Source: Planctomycetota bacterium (lineage in GTDB: Bacteria; Planctomycetota; GCA-002687715; DRQF01). From it: DNA of 39,237 nucleotides. Made by a program: the position numbers and the translations under genes. This document shows positions 1 to 9,921 of the stretch, in pieces. The stretch covers positions 22,534-61,770 of the forward strand of contig JALTLO010000076.1 of the NCBI GenBank assembly GCA_027001995.1. The letters are read 5' to 3'. The notes below the pieces were generated by a model. The model ran no database searches. It was not told the origin of the DNA and saw only the letters and a list, made by a program, of their open reading frames with translations. Position 1 is the stretch's first letter; each line of letters opens with the position of its first letter.

Positions 1-872
1 CGGGACAAGACCGCGTCTCTTGTCTGCAACAACAGGGAGAATCATCTGCTCCCAATGCCATGACTTCGACGGCAACTACGATTTCAGGCGAGTTGAGTAA
101 CAAGATTCGTGAGCAACTGAGGTCCGGCAACAATCGAATCGATCATGATGAACAAACATGGGTAGAAGCTGACAGAAAAGACACCCTCCAAATGCTTGGT
201 CATTCTGACCAAACACAACTGAGCGAGCCGAACGAAGCAGCAATTCGGCGAAGAGTCAGCCAAACCACCAAAATAGGCACTGTCCTGTTCTGTGCAATCT
301 TAGCATTGGCTGGGATTCCATGGCTCATGGAACACGATTCAGAATTCGATGAGGTCAAAGAGATTCGCACTTCCATGGATCTGGATGAGCCGCCGAGCAA
401 AGCTTCATCAGATGAACCCCAAAAACCAGTTGCCAATGAGAAGGACTCCACAGAGGATCCAAGTGATGAGCCAACATCCTTGCCGATTTTTCAACTCGAC
501 AACTATCCTAAGTTCGTCAGGACTGGCAAGATCGTCATCCACGGTTTCGTGAATCGCGACGACAAAGTCCAAATTCAGGCCAACCAGAAGAATTGGCCCA
601 TAGAGCAAAACGGAAACTTCAAGATCATTCTTCCACTCAAGCGAGGACCGAATCACTTCACCGTCTTGGGAAAAGACCAAAATGGCAAAGAAGAATGCAG
701 GGAGATCGTGGTCCATTGGCTCCGGGATCGAGAATTCAGAAAAAGAGGTGGACTCCAGGAGCGACGCCCCATCGGTCCAAAAGGACCTCTTGGCAATCGT
801 CCGCCTTTGAGGCCTCAAGACCGCCCCATTCGGAAGGCATTTCCTCCACCTCGCCGGGGGCGCAAGAACTAA
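1..872 (+). CDS. Membrane-anchored protein with a C-terminal Ig-like (glucodextranase domain B-like) module, probably 5'-partial
   Basis: The frame is open from base 3 through ATG 60, so the gene may begin upstream of the window. It has one TM helix (IGTVLFCAILALAGIPWL), an acidic/Pro linker, a beta-sandwich pattern (GKIVIHG...NGNFKIILPLKRGPNHFTVLGKDQNG) and an Arg/Pro-rich tail. Confidence 0.6.
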   Translation, partial: GQDRVSCLQQQGESSAPNAMTSTATTISGELSNKIREQLRSGNNRIDHDEQTWVEADRKDTLQMLGHSDQTQLSEPNEAAIRRRVSQTTKIGTVLFCAILALAGIPWLMEHDSEFDEVKEIRTSMDLDEPPSKASSDEPQKPVANEKDSTEDPSDEPTSLPIFQLDNYPKFVRTGKIVIHGFVNRDDKVQIQANQKNWPIEQNGNFKIILPLKRGPNHFTVLGKDQNGKEECREIVVHWLRDREFRKRGGLQERRPIGPKGPLGNRPPLRPQDRPIRKAFPPPRRGRKN

Positions 873-1283
873 GTCGAAGTCACTGTCCATCGACTTTCAT
901 GCCTTCGTGTTCACATCAATGTGACTTCCTGTGATCCTCCTATTCCCCACTTCACACAGCCACATTGGCAGTAGAATTGGCAGAACTCTATCTCCTGCAA
1001 AAACGCAGAGGCTCACTTTCGCCCTTTGATCTGACCTCCCGAAATCGACGAGCGGGCGAATCGCCCGAAATGTTCATGCCGAATTGGGACCACCCCTATA
1101 GCTAACCCGAAGAATTCACGACTCCGCCGCCGATCTCATGAACGAGTCAGATTGAGACCTCTCGGGATTGCATTGCAGACGATCTCCACAAACGCGGGAC
1201 ATGTGCAGAGAAGAAGAAAGTCAGAAGAGAACTGAGCTCAACGACGTAAAGCCCAATAAGCACTACAATCACAATCTCGTGAA

Positions 1284-1337
1284 TAAGGCAGACAGTCAGC
1301 TCAAAAACTTGACTTCGGAGCCTAAGGCAGACATCAT
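1284..1337 (+). promoter_or_regulatory. Candidate sigma70-type promoter with an 11-bp direct repeat, upstream of the oxidoreductase operon
   Basis: TTGACT (1309-1314), a 17-nt spacer, then CATCAT (1332-1337). TAAGGCAGACA occurs at 1284-1294 and 1323-1333. Confidence 0.3.
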
Positions 1338-1398
1338 TCCTCGGTCCAGAAGAACGCCATCGACCACTTAGGAAAGATTCGGAGCACTTGAGATCAGC

Positions 1399-2253
1399 AT
1401 GAACACGAATGAGAGCGACAAGAACGAAGCCCAATCCCCGAATCGACGGGAATTCGTCAAGAAGACTGCAGCCGCACTCGCCGCCACATCGATTTCCGCC
1501 TCAGACCAAGAAAAACCCCAAGTAAAATTTTGGCCAGAAGCGCACTGGGGCGAACGCATGAAGGCACCGGATGATGGCAAACACTATGCTTGGCTAGTCG
1601 ACACCCGTAAATGCTTCGGTTGTCACGGCTGTGAAGTCGCTTGCAAAGCGGAGAACGATGTCCCCTTGGGCAACTATATCCGCCAGACCATCTACCAAGA
1701 CTTCGAACGTGAAAATGGGCAGATGGCTCGTATCATGGTTCCTATGGCCTGCCAACACTGCGAAGATGCCCCCTGTTTAAAGGCTTGCCCTTGCGGCGCC
1801 TTGCACAAAGGTGCTGGAGGAACCGTCCAAGTCGACTATAACTCCTGCTCAGGTCATGGTGCTTGCAAAGAAGCCTGCCCCTATGGTGCGATCTACATTG
1901 ATCCCGTCGCCAACCAAGCGATCAAATGCCACAACTGCACCCACCGACTTGATGTTGGCCTGGAACCCGCTTGCATCACAACCTGCCCAAGTGAGGCTCT
2001 TTACTTCGGCGACCTCAACGATCCCAAATCAAAAATTTCCCGTATGCAAAAGATGATTGATGCAGGAAAAAACACAGGATTAGAAGTGCTGCGAGACAAC
2101 AAGAACACCCAACCAAGGATGCAGTTCATCGTTGACGACAATCATCCCATGGATGTCTGGGAACCCAAGATTCCTCGAGAGGGCGAGAGTTACTCAAATG
2201 ACGCCTATAGTGTTTTCGAATGGGGCCAGCAAGCTGAGGGAAATGACAAATGA
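1399..2253 (+). CDS. 4Fe-4S dicluster electron-transfer (beta) subunit, NrfC/TtrB/PsrB/DmsB-like, with a Tat motif
   Basis: NRREFVKK twin-arginine motif. Four cluster motifs: CFGCHGCEVAC, CQHCEDAPCLKAC, CSGHGACKEAC and CHNC...PACITTC. Also the ALYFGDLNDP signature. The stop overlaps the next ATG (ATGA). Confidence 0.95.
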   Translation: MNTNESDKNEAQSPNRREFVKKTAAALAATSISASDQEKPQVKFWPEAHWGERMKAPDDGKHYAWLVDTRKCFGCHGCEVACKAENDVPLGNYIRQTIYQDFERENGQMARIMVPMACQHCEDAPCLKACPCGALHKGAGGTVQVDYNSCSGHGACKEACPYGAIYIDPVANQAIKCHNCTHRLDVGLEPACITTCPSEALYFGDLNDPKSKISRMQKMIDAGKNTGLEVLRDNKNTQPRMQFIVDDNHPMDVWEPKIPREGESYSNDAYSVFEWGQQAEGNDK

Positions 2254-5036
2254 CTGACGCGGAAAAGTCTATCAAGAGACGACGATTTCTGAAGCTGGGC
2301 GGACTCTTGGCAGCAGGTTCGGCTTTTGGATCCTGTTCAACAAACGACGACCAATCGAACGGTGAACGTAAGCGCCCGACAAAGACCGAAAATTTGGCGG
2401 TTTGGAAGAAAAATGCCGCTACTCCCTACGCGGTCGGCGAAATCGACATGCCTGGGGTCTGCCACTTGCCTGGGCCTTACAGCAAGTCGGTCTTTCCTGA
2501 CCCGAACAAATACAAGAATATCGAGAAAATCCATGGCATGTGCCAGCTTTGCTCGACTGTTTGTGGCATCACCGGCATCATCAAGAACGGCAAGATCATC
2601 AAGATCGAAGGCAACCCCAATGATCCGAATACGCAGGGTCGGGTTTGCGCTCGGGGTCAAGCCGGGTTAAATCACCAATATCATCCGGAACGACTCCTCC
2701 ACCCCATCCGTCGGGTTGGCAAACGGGGAGAAGGTAAGTGGCGCCGCATCACCTGGGACGAAGCCTTGGATGAGATTGCCACCCGCCTTAAACAAGTACG
2801 GGATGATGGCAACCATGAACAGTTTGCCTTCCATCAAGGACGCAGCCGAAGCAAAGACGCCGTCGCTGGTTTCTTGCGCGCCTTTGGCACCAATACCCAG
2901 CTCAATCACCGAGGTCTGTGTTCGGCAGCAAGACGGGCCGCCAACTTGACCTATCTCTTCGAGTCCGACTGGGATCTAGGAGATTACGAGAACTCAAAAT
3001 ACATTCTCAACTTCGGCTCCAACATGTTCGAAGCCCATCAAGGCCATGTGGCAGGGGCCCAAAGAGTCCAAAGGGGACGATTCCAAAACGGTGCCAAGTT
3101 GGTCACATTTGATGTGCGACTTTCGAATACCGCTGGCAATTCGGATGAATTCTTCATGCCCTCCCCCGGCACCGATGGTGCTATCGCTTTGGCCATGGCT
3201 CATACCATCATCAAGGAAGATTTGGTTGACAAGACCTTCTTCGACGAATGGGCCAACTGCTCCTTAGACGAACTTTGGCAGGAAGTAAAAACCTACACCC
3301 CCAAATGGGCTGAAGGTACTAGCACGGTTCCAGCCAAAGATATCGCACGTATCGCCAGAGAATTCGCCGCCGCCGCACCACGGGCTACGACCATGTGTAA
3401 CCGAGGAAGCTCGGCACACATCAATGGCTACTACAACGATCGGGCGATTTTCCTACTCAACGTCTTGGTTGGCAGCGTCGGCAAACCAGGAGGGGTGTGT
3501 TGGATGTACACCGGTGGCTACGACAAGGATTATGCCAAGCCACCCAAGGCCGCCCCAAAACCTAAGACCCCAAGTATGCTGGCAGACCCCCCAGAATTCG
3601 TTCTCGCGAATCGCTGGAACAAGATGCGGGTGGGCGAAATTATCTATTGGTACCTAGAACAAGAACGGGCCAAACTGCAAGTCTATATGACCTACAACTT
3701 GGACAGCCCTCTCACCTGGCCAGAAACAGAAGTGACAAAGAATGTCTTGCTCGATGAAGACAAAATCAACTTCCATGTCTGCATTAACCCATTCTTCAAC
3801 GAAACGGCTAGTTTTGCCGACATGGTCTTACCTTGGGCCACGTTCATGGAGCGTTGGGATGTGGATGCCCGGGGTGCCTACAACCTAATCCCTTACATTT
3901 CCATGCGGCGCCCGATGGTGGAACCCTTAGGCGAAGCCCGCGATATCCGCGACTTCTTTCCAGAACTAGCCCGGCGCATCGGTGGCGGCATGGAGAAATG
4001 GTTCCCCAAAGATCAATCCGTCGAAGACTATATGACGGAGTTCGTTTCCAAAGTGCCATACGACAAGAAGAAGTACTCTAGTCCCATGGATTTCTTCGCC
4101 AAGGTCGGAGCATTCGAAGACCCTAAAAAGAAGCGCTATATGGAAACCTACTTGGAGCCTCTCTCCAAGGAAGACATGAGCGGTGCAGTCATTGACCCTA
4201 AGACTAAAATCATCACCAAAAACGGCAAGGGCATTGGCATCATGTATCGGGGCAATCCGGTTGTAGGCTTCAAGACCCCAAGCCGATTGTTAGAGGTCAA
4301 GTCGGATTTCGTCGCAAAGGTAGCAAGAAACGAAGACGTTTCCGATCTCATTGCAGCAGCCAATTCGAAGGGCAAGAACCGCCCCGCGAGCCACAAACCT
4401 TATGACTACGAAATCTCACCATGGCCCATGTGGATGCCAGTAGCGGAGCACCAAGGTCTGGATGACGATCAATTGATCATGACATCCTTCAAATGGAATG
4501 TCCACAATCATGGACGCACGGCAAACTTAAAATGGTGCTCGGAAATCGTTCACTCCAACCCAGCTTGGATTCACCCAGACACAGCAAAGAAGTTTAATCT
4601 CAAAAGCGGCGACTGGATTGAGCTAATCGGCTACCGTTCAAAGGACGTCGACAGCAAAATCAAGTCGCTCAAATTGGGAACCGGAGAAACAGGAAAGCTT
4701 GAACTCCCTGTTGTCGTGACCAAGGGTGTCCATCCCCACGCAATCGCCATTTCAAACTCCCTTGGGCACAAAGAATACACACGGGTGGCCCAAGCCAAGC
4801 GCAATGACGAAATCGGTAGCCAATCGAAAGGCATGATGACTGCTGCCATGCACGATGCAGATTGGGAGCGCAACATGTGGTGGGAAGACAAGTCAGAGGG
4901 CGACCACAAGAAGTGGAAACGCAACACCGGAAATGGTTGGGCTCAAAACAACATCCTGCCGATTTCTCCTGACTACATTTCTGGCCAACAAGCTTTCAAC
5001 GATACGGTTGTTCGCATTCGAAAGATTTCTGAATGA
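2250..5036 (+). CDS. Molybdopterin (Mo/W-bisPGD) oxidoreductase catalytic subunit, DMSO reductase family, PsrA/PhsA/SrrA/ArrA-like; predicted Tat lipoprotein
   Basis: KRRRFLK Tat motif and lipobox-like AFGSC (Cys29). FS0 motif CQLCSTVC-x27-CARG. RGEGKWRRITWDEALDEIA. Putative metal-ligand Cys224 (NHRGLCS). C-terminal dinucleotide-binding domain (AWIHPDTAKKFNLKSGDWI). Confidence 0.93.
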   Translation: MTDAEKSIKRRRFLKLGGLLAAGSAFGSCSTNDDQSNGERKRPTKTENLAVWKKNAATPYAVGEIDMPGVCHLPGPYSKSVFPDPNKYKNIEKIHGMCQLCSTVCGITGIIKNGKIIKIEGNPNDPNTQGRVCARGQAGLNHQYHPERLLHPIRRVGKRGEGKWRRITWDEALDEIATRLKQVRDDGNHEQFAFHQGRSRSKDAVAGFLRAFGTNTQLNHRGLCSAARRAANLTYLFESDWDLGDYENSKYILNFGSNMFEAHQGHVAGAQRVQRGRFQNGAKLVTFDVRLSNTAGNSDEFFMPSPGTDGAIALAMAHTIIKEDLVDKTFFDEWANCSLDELWQEVKTYTPKWAEGTSTVPAKDIARIAREFAAAAPRATTMCNRGSSAHINGYYNDRAIFLLNVLVGSVGKPGGVCWMYTGGYDKDYAKPPKAAPKPKTPSMLADPPEFVLANRWNKMRVGEIIYWYLEQERAKLQVYMTYNLDSPLTWPETEVTKNVLLDEDKINFHVCINPFFNETASFADMVLPWATFMERWDVDARGAYNLIPYISMRRPMVEPLGEARDIRDFFPELARRIGGGMEKWFPKDQSVEDYMTEFVSKVPYDKKKYSSPMDFFAKVGAFEDPKKKRYMETYLEPLSKEDMSGAVIDPKTKIITKNGKGIGIMYRGNPVVGFKTPSRLLEVKSDFVAKVARNEDVSDLIAAANSKGKNRPASHKPYDYEISPWPMWMPVAEHQGLDDDQLIMTSFKWNVHNHGRTANLKWCSEIVHSNPAWIHPDTAKKFNLKSGDWIELIGYRSKDVDSKIKSLKLGTGETGKLELPVVVTKGVHPHAIAISNSLGHKEYTRVAQAKRNDEIGSQSKGMMTAAMHDADWERNMWWEDKSEGDHKKWKRNTGNGWAQNNILPISPDYISGQQAFNDTVVRIRKISE

Positions 5037-5623
5037 AGCCAGAGGGAAACGAAATGCCGCCAGCTGGCCCCCACTTGGGCGCCGCACCAGGAGTCGCTGG
5101 CGCCGATGTTCAACTTCAGGCGGCTGCCAGGCTGTTGTCTCATCTGCTACTTTATGAAATCGACAGTAATCTCATTGCGGAGCTCGAACAATCAGGGGCC
5201 AATGAGGTCTTGAAGGAAATGGGAATTCCTCTTCCTGCACTTACCGACAAAGAGGCGGTCGACAACTTGTCCGTCGAGTATTTCGAGAGATTCGTCAATC
5301 CAGCCGTGGGCGCCCCCCCCATCCAATCATTGGCGGAAGAAGGTAAGTATGCGGGAAAGGCATCAGAAAGCATGGAGAAAATCGCCATTGCTGCTGGCCT
5401 CACTTTCGCCTCCGACCGTACGCGAGGGGCCCCCATGGACCACTTGGGTTCCCAATTGGCTATGTGGTCCGAACTCAACGAAAGAGATCCAGCTGCGGCT
5501 AAGGATTTTTGTCGCCGTCACCTCGTCTGGGCAACACGTACCTTAGAAATCGGGTCTCCCCAGGGTTTCTATGGGCAACTAAGCCGCACAGTTTGCGAAT
5601 TTATCAAGGCGATCAACCACTGA
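5033..5623 (+). CDS. TorD/DmsD-family redox enzyme maturation chaperone
   Basis: PMDHLGSQL matches the E-P-x-D-H-x-x-x-x-L motif, and the protein ends with F...HLVW and FYGQL. It overlaps the catalytic subunit stop (ATGA). Confidence 0.85.
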   Translation: MKPEGNEMPPAGPHLGAAPGVAGADVQLQAAARLLSHLLLYEIDSNLIAELEQSGANEVLKEMGIPLPALTDKEAVDNLSVEYFERFVNPAVGAPPIQSLAEEGKYAGKASESMEKIAIAAGLTFASDRTRGAPMDHLGSQLAMWSELNERDPAAAKDFCRRHLVWATRTLEIGSPQGFYGQLSRTVCEFIKAINH

Positions 5624-5874
5624 TTGAAACCTCAATACCCCGAACTTTGTCACCAAGGATTACTCCTTTGCATCGCAGACAAAAAAGACGAGCAAATCAG
5701 GTGTCTCAAACGCGACAACGAGGTAGTCCCCGGTCATAAATCACTTGTTCGACATGAGAACCGCAGCGTCATGAAGACCGACTCATCTCGCAGATGGCCA
5801 CAACCTTTCCTCCCCTGTCCTCGATCAATGCAATGTGCTAACCTCTGGCCGTTACACTCCGGAGCTCCAACGAA

Positions 5875-8337
5875 ATGAATAGTTCAAGTACTGCCGAAGG
5901 CAAGGCACCAGGGATTCTACTATTTATCCTCTCCCTCTCTACTTTGGCGGTCCAGATCGCCCAAGTGCGAATCTTTTCGTATTCCCTGAACCCGTCCTTT
6001 GTTTACATGGTCATTAGCTTAGCCCTATTGGGTTTTGGTGCCAGCGGGACGCTTCTTTCAGTGGTCCCAAAGCTCAAGAATGCACCCCTGGCAAAAACAT
6101 TGCCCATGTGCCTTGCACTCTTCGCCGGCTCATCGCTCTTAGCGAACTTCCTTTTTGCCCGAGCTTCCCAATCTATCGCAGCTGAACGCGGCATATCCCT
6201 CCTTTCTTCAACCACCCTTATTTTCGCCAGTTTCTCGATACCGTTCTTCTTTGCGGGCATGGGTGTCGCGTTAGTCTTGCTGTCGAATAGAGAACTTCTG
6301 AGCCGCCGCTATTTCGTCAACTTCATTGGGAGTGGCGTCGGCAGTTTCATTGTCTATCCATTCATGGAGATTCTGGGGTCAGATACGTTGGTCGTCGCAG
6401 CAGTTCTTCCCACAGCCATAGCTGCATTCTGGGTGGGGAGACACCAAGGAAACGTGATTCGGTTTGCGACAGGATCCATTGCGGCCTTGGTTCTGGTGAG
6501 TTGTTTCTTTGCGCCCTCAATCTTGCCATTTCAACCTGACGAGTCGGATTTCTACGCTGATCTTAAGAACACGATTGAGACCAAGACCGGAGAGCCTCTC
6601 GAGACCAAGACTCTCTATTCAGAATGGGACCCAGTCGGACGTATTGAGATCTTTGAGTTCCCTGAACCCTGGGGCCTATTCTCAGAGAAGATTCCGGCTC
6701 TCCTCTTCGTCCAAGACGCAGGTGCCCCAAGTATTCTTTACGACATCAAGAATTTTCCAGAGATGGAGTATATTCTTGCAAAGAAGAGCCTCTACGGCAT
6801 TGCCACTTCAATCCGCCCGAAGGCAAAAGTACTCATCATGGGACTGGGGGGCGGACCAGATCTCATTGCCGCACTTGGGGCGGGTGCAGCCCATGTAACA
6901 GGAGTCGAGATCAATCGGGCTGTCATCGATGTCCTGGGCAACAAGTTCCGAGACTATCTTCAACTTCCGAAGCCAGGTTCAAAGAAACTCGACCTCGTTC
7001 ATTCTGATGGACGAGCCTATGCCATGCGCTTCAAGGACGAGTTCGACGTCATTCAAATGACTGGGGCTGACACCTATGCGGCAGGGGCCATATCAGGATC
7101 AATTCTGTCAGAGAACTACCTCTACACGGAGGAGGCCTTTTCAGCCTACTTGGATGCTCTGAAACCAGACGGATTGCTGGCCATCACACGCTTTGGCCTT
7201 GAACCCATCAAGATCATGACGACAGCTGAGGCTGTCCTTAAGAAACACGGGATCAGCGATCCCAACAAGCACGTGATTTCAGTAAAACAAGGCGATATCT
7301 GGTTTCTGACCCTAGTCAAGAAGTCACCCTTCACTGATGACGAAGTTCGGGCGGTGAGAAATTTTGTCAAGGAGGCACAGGAAGCAAAGCCTAGCTACAC
7401 CTGCCCCATGTACGATCTCATGAAGTTCAGCCAAGAGCGCTATTTAGAGATCAAGATGGACCCGGGTCTACCGGAAGACAAAAGTCCAGCTGCTGGCTTC
7501 GCTGGTCTCAAGAAATTCGTCGATGCAATGCCAGACCACGATTTTACTCCCTCAACGGACGACCGCCCTTTCTTTCTTCAGCTCAACAAATTCACCTGGC
7601 CATCTCTTTCCGAGATCTTCGCGGACGAGGAAATTGACAATCCCCTCCTTTGGAGTATGACAAGATACTCAGCCATTGTTGTGCAAATGGGCATACTCGC
7701 TGCTTTCCTCATCTTAGGGCCTCTTCTGATTCTCGCTTTCAAGAGAAAGTCTGCGCCTTTAGCCCATGCTCTGCCCATGGCACTCTACTTCTTCTCCATC
7801 GGTCTCGGTTTCATGTGGGTGGAAATCGGATTGATGCAGAGGTTCTCTCTCTTCTTAGGCCACCCCAACTACTCGATTTCCGTGGTCCTCTTTACGCTCC
7901 TGGTTTTCTCCGGCATCGGTAGCTATGTGAGTGGCAGATGGCGTCTTGGACGTACAGCGACCATCTCTTTGGCCACCATCGCCATCGGCCTTTTCATCTT
8001 CATGACAACAAGCGCCACAGATTGGATCTTGGGAACCATGTACGAATCCACCATAGCGGTGCGCGTTGTCATTTCGATCTTGCTGCTTGCCCCTGGTTCT
8101 TTCTTCATGGGGATGCCATTGCCAACCATGCTTAAATTCATGGATGAAAACGATTCTGACTTCTCGCCTTGGGGCTTAGGAGTGAATGGATTCGCCTCGG
8201 TTATGGGCTCACTCTCAACCATCCCCTTAACGATCATCATTGGATTCGAAGCGACTTTTCGTTTGGGTGCCCTGGCCTACGTCACGGCCCTCTTGGCCTA
8301 CTTCACCTATTGTGCCACGATTCGTCTCAAACGATAG
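5875..8337 (+). CDS. Multi-pass membrane protein with a central spermidine synthase-like class I SAM-binding domain
   Basis: About 7 N-terminal TM helices, then VLIMGLGGGPD, VTGVEIN, DGRAY, FDVIQ, ENYLYTEEAF..YLDALKPDG and PSTDDRPFF, then 6-7 C-terminal TM helices. Confidence 0.85.
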   Translation: MNSSSTAEGKAPGILLFILSLSTLAVQIAQVRIFSYSLNPSFVYMVISLALLGFGASGTLLSVVPKLKNAPLAKTLPMCLALFAGSSLLANFLFARASQSIAAERGISLLSSTTLIFASFSIPFFFAGMGVALVLLSNRELLSRRYFVNFIGSGVGSFIVYPFMEILGSDTLVVAAVLPTAIAAFWVGRHQGNVIRFATGSIAALVLVSCFFAPSILPFQPDESDFYADLKNTIETKTGEPLETKTLYSEWDPVGRIEIFEFPEPWGLFSEKIPALLFVQDAGAPSILYDIKNFPEMEYILAKKSLYGIATSIRPKAKVLIMGLGGGPDLIAALGAGAAHVTGVEINRAVIDVLGNKFRDYLQLPKPGSKKLDLVHSDGRAYAMRFKDEFDVIQMTGADTYAAGAISGSILSENYLYTEEAFSAYLDALKPDGLLAITRFGLEPIKIMTTAEAVLKKHGISDPNKHVISVKQGDIWFLTLVKKSPFTDDEVRAVRNFVKEAQEAKPSYTCPMYDLMKFSQERYLEIKMDPGLPEDKSPAAGFAGLKKFVDAMPDHDFTPSTDDRPFFLQLNKFTWPSLSEIFADEEIDNPLLWSMTRYSAIVVQMGILAAFLILGPLLILAFKRKSAPLAHALPMALYFFSIGLGFMWVEIGLMQRFSLFLGHPNYSISVVLFTLLVFSGIGSYVSGRWRLGRTATISLATIAIGLFIFMTTSATDWILGTMYESTIAVRVVISILLLAPGSFFMGMPLPTMLKFMDENDSDFSPWGLGVNGFASVMGSLSTIPLTIIIGFEATFRLGALAYVTALLAYFTYCATIRLKR

Positions 8338-8422
8338 TTCCAAGAGGACAATTTTCCGCAAGAATTCCTCTTCATCTATCGCCTTGCCACAAATCCTGTT
8401 GGTGAAGATCCCTTGGAGACTA

Positions 8423-9733
8423 TCACCGTTTCATTTTCTTCTTCCAATCGGGGAAAAGATCGTTGAGATCGAATTTGAGAGACTTGAGGCGCTCAGCCCC
8501 TTCCACATAGCGCTGAAAGTGGCTCACCCGGGTGTCAATAAGCTGAATGCCCTTCTGTCGGGCCCATGATGCTGGGGAATCGAGGATTTCCACCAAGTTG
8601 CAGCCGACAAAAAGATGATTACCTCTTCCGCCAGCCCCGATTGAAATATGGCTCATGCGACAATCTTCGAATCGGCTCACCAACCCTTCGCTCCGCACGT
8701 CAATCAAATTGCCGGAACCAACTATGGCTCGGCTATATCCCCCTTCAATCCGGCAATGGCGAAAGTAGAGAAAACTCTGGTTAGCACTCACCATGCAGGA
8801 GCCCCCAGCCCCCATGTCAAAGCCAACCACTCGAACAAATTCCGCTTCCATGGTGACAACACCACGTCTTTGATCGAAAAGATAATTGTTGTTGCAATGA
8901 ATCGTGCAGTTCTTCACATGCAAGCGCTCAATATGCCCACCTGGACTCAAGTCTGAGTTGAGTACCAGAAGGGTTTGATCCATCCCTGCACCCCGAATCG
9001 TGAGGTCCCTAAGCCCACTCCTCTTCATGCGCAACACTCGTTGAAGAGCCCCTAAGTCAAACACCCCAGGCCCAAACTCCAAAGTTGCTCCATCCGTCAA
9101 AGACTCGGCCATTTTTCTTTTGTCGGAATTGAGTTGAATGAGTTTTTCGGGGTTCTTCGACAAGAAGAATTTCTCAACCTGTTCCTTGTCTTCGAGTAAA
9201 CTCATAGGTGGAGCTGTGCTGGACTTGTCGGCAGCCTCCAAGAGATCGACGCCATTCCCCTCGCGAATAGCTCTATTCCATTTCTCCACGTCATTCTGTT
9301 CTTGTGCAAGAGCTTCACCGATGGTTAAAGGTATTCTCAAGACTGTGTCTTTAAACCGCTTAAGTCCAGCGGTCAACTTGTCTCGGGAGATCTCCTCTTG
9401 CCGGGATTTGCTCCAGCCGTCTTTAATTCCCTGAATCGCATGGTCCATGAGAGCCTGGGAGAAAAGAACACCTGCATCCGTCCTTTCCTGGCCTCTGGGG
9501 GAGGTAGACCCCTCAGAGCCGTTTTCTCGAAGCAATGGGGCCCGGCGCCTGGGGATGACAGCATCACGAATGGCCGGAGATCTTTTCGAAGCGCCTCCAG
9601 ATTCCAAATCATCAACGTCAGGCTCGAACTCTGATCTGAGAATCAGCCCACCCAAGATCATCCCCGCAACAAAAATAGTCGCGCCAACTGCTAACATCGG
9701 CATGAAAGGTCGTGACAAGATTCTTCTCTCCAT
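8423..9733 (-). CDS. Membrane-anchored protein with a pectin-lyase-like right-handed beta-helix domain
   Basis: N-terminal TM helix. LEFGPGVFDL...DLTIRGAGMDQTLL is a typical beta-helix entry, followed by repeated xFxxCxI turns. Confidence 0.65.
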   Translation of the reverse strand: MERRILSRPFMPMLAVGATIFVAGMILGGLILRSEFEPDVDDLESGGASKRSPAIRDAVIPRRRAPLLRENGSEGSTSPRGQERTDAGVLFSQALMDHAIQGIKDGWSKSRQEEISRDKLTAGLKRFKDTVLRIPLTIGEALAQEQNDVEKWNRAIREGNGVDLLEAADKSSTAPPMSLLEDKEQVEKFFLSKNPEKLIQLNSDKRKMAESLTDGATLEFGPGVFDLGALQRVLRMKRSGLRDLTIRGAGMDQTLLVLNSDLSPGGHIERLHVKNCTIHCNNNYLFDQRRGVVTMEAEFVRVVGFDMGAGGSCMVSANQSFLYFRHCRIEGGYSRAIVGSGNLIDVRSEGLVSRFEDCRMSHISIGAGGRGNHLFVGCNLVEILDSPASWARQKGIQLIDTRVSHFQRYVEGAERLKSLKFDLNDLFPDWKKKMKR

Positions 9734-9921
9734 CTATCCCGTTTCTCTCTGGCAGAATGATGAAACGGTCCAATGTCGATTCATTATTGTCTTAGCCACA
9801 ATATACCTGAGAAAGCCAACAATTCTCGGCGAAACTTGGCAAATGTGACGAAGACGGATGCAAATGAAGTAGACAACATTTGCATACGATCTTCCTTTTG
9901 AGCAAGAATCACGACAGCGAG

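Noticed and set aside
1168..1371. 67-aa ORF upstream of the oxidoreductase operon as a missing subunit
   Set aside because: Hydrophilic, with no TM helix, cofactor motif or clear SD, and it overlaps the candidate promoter.
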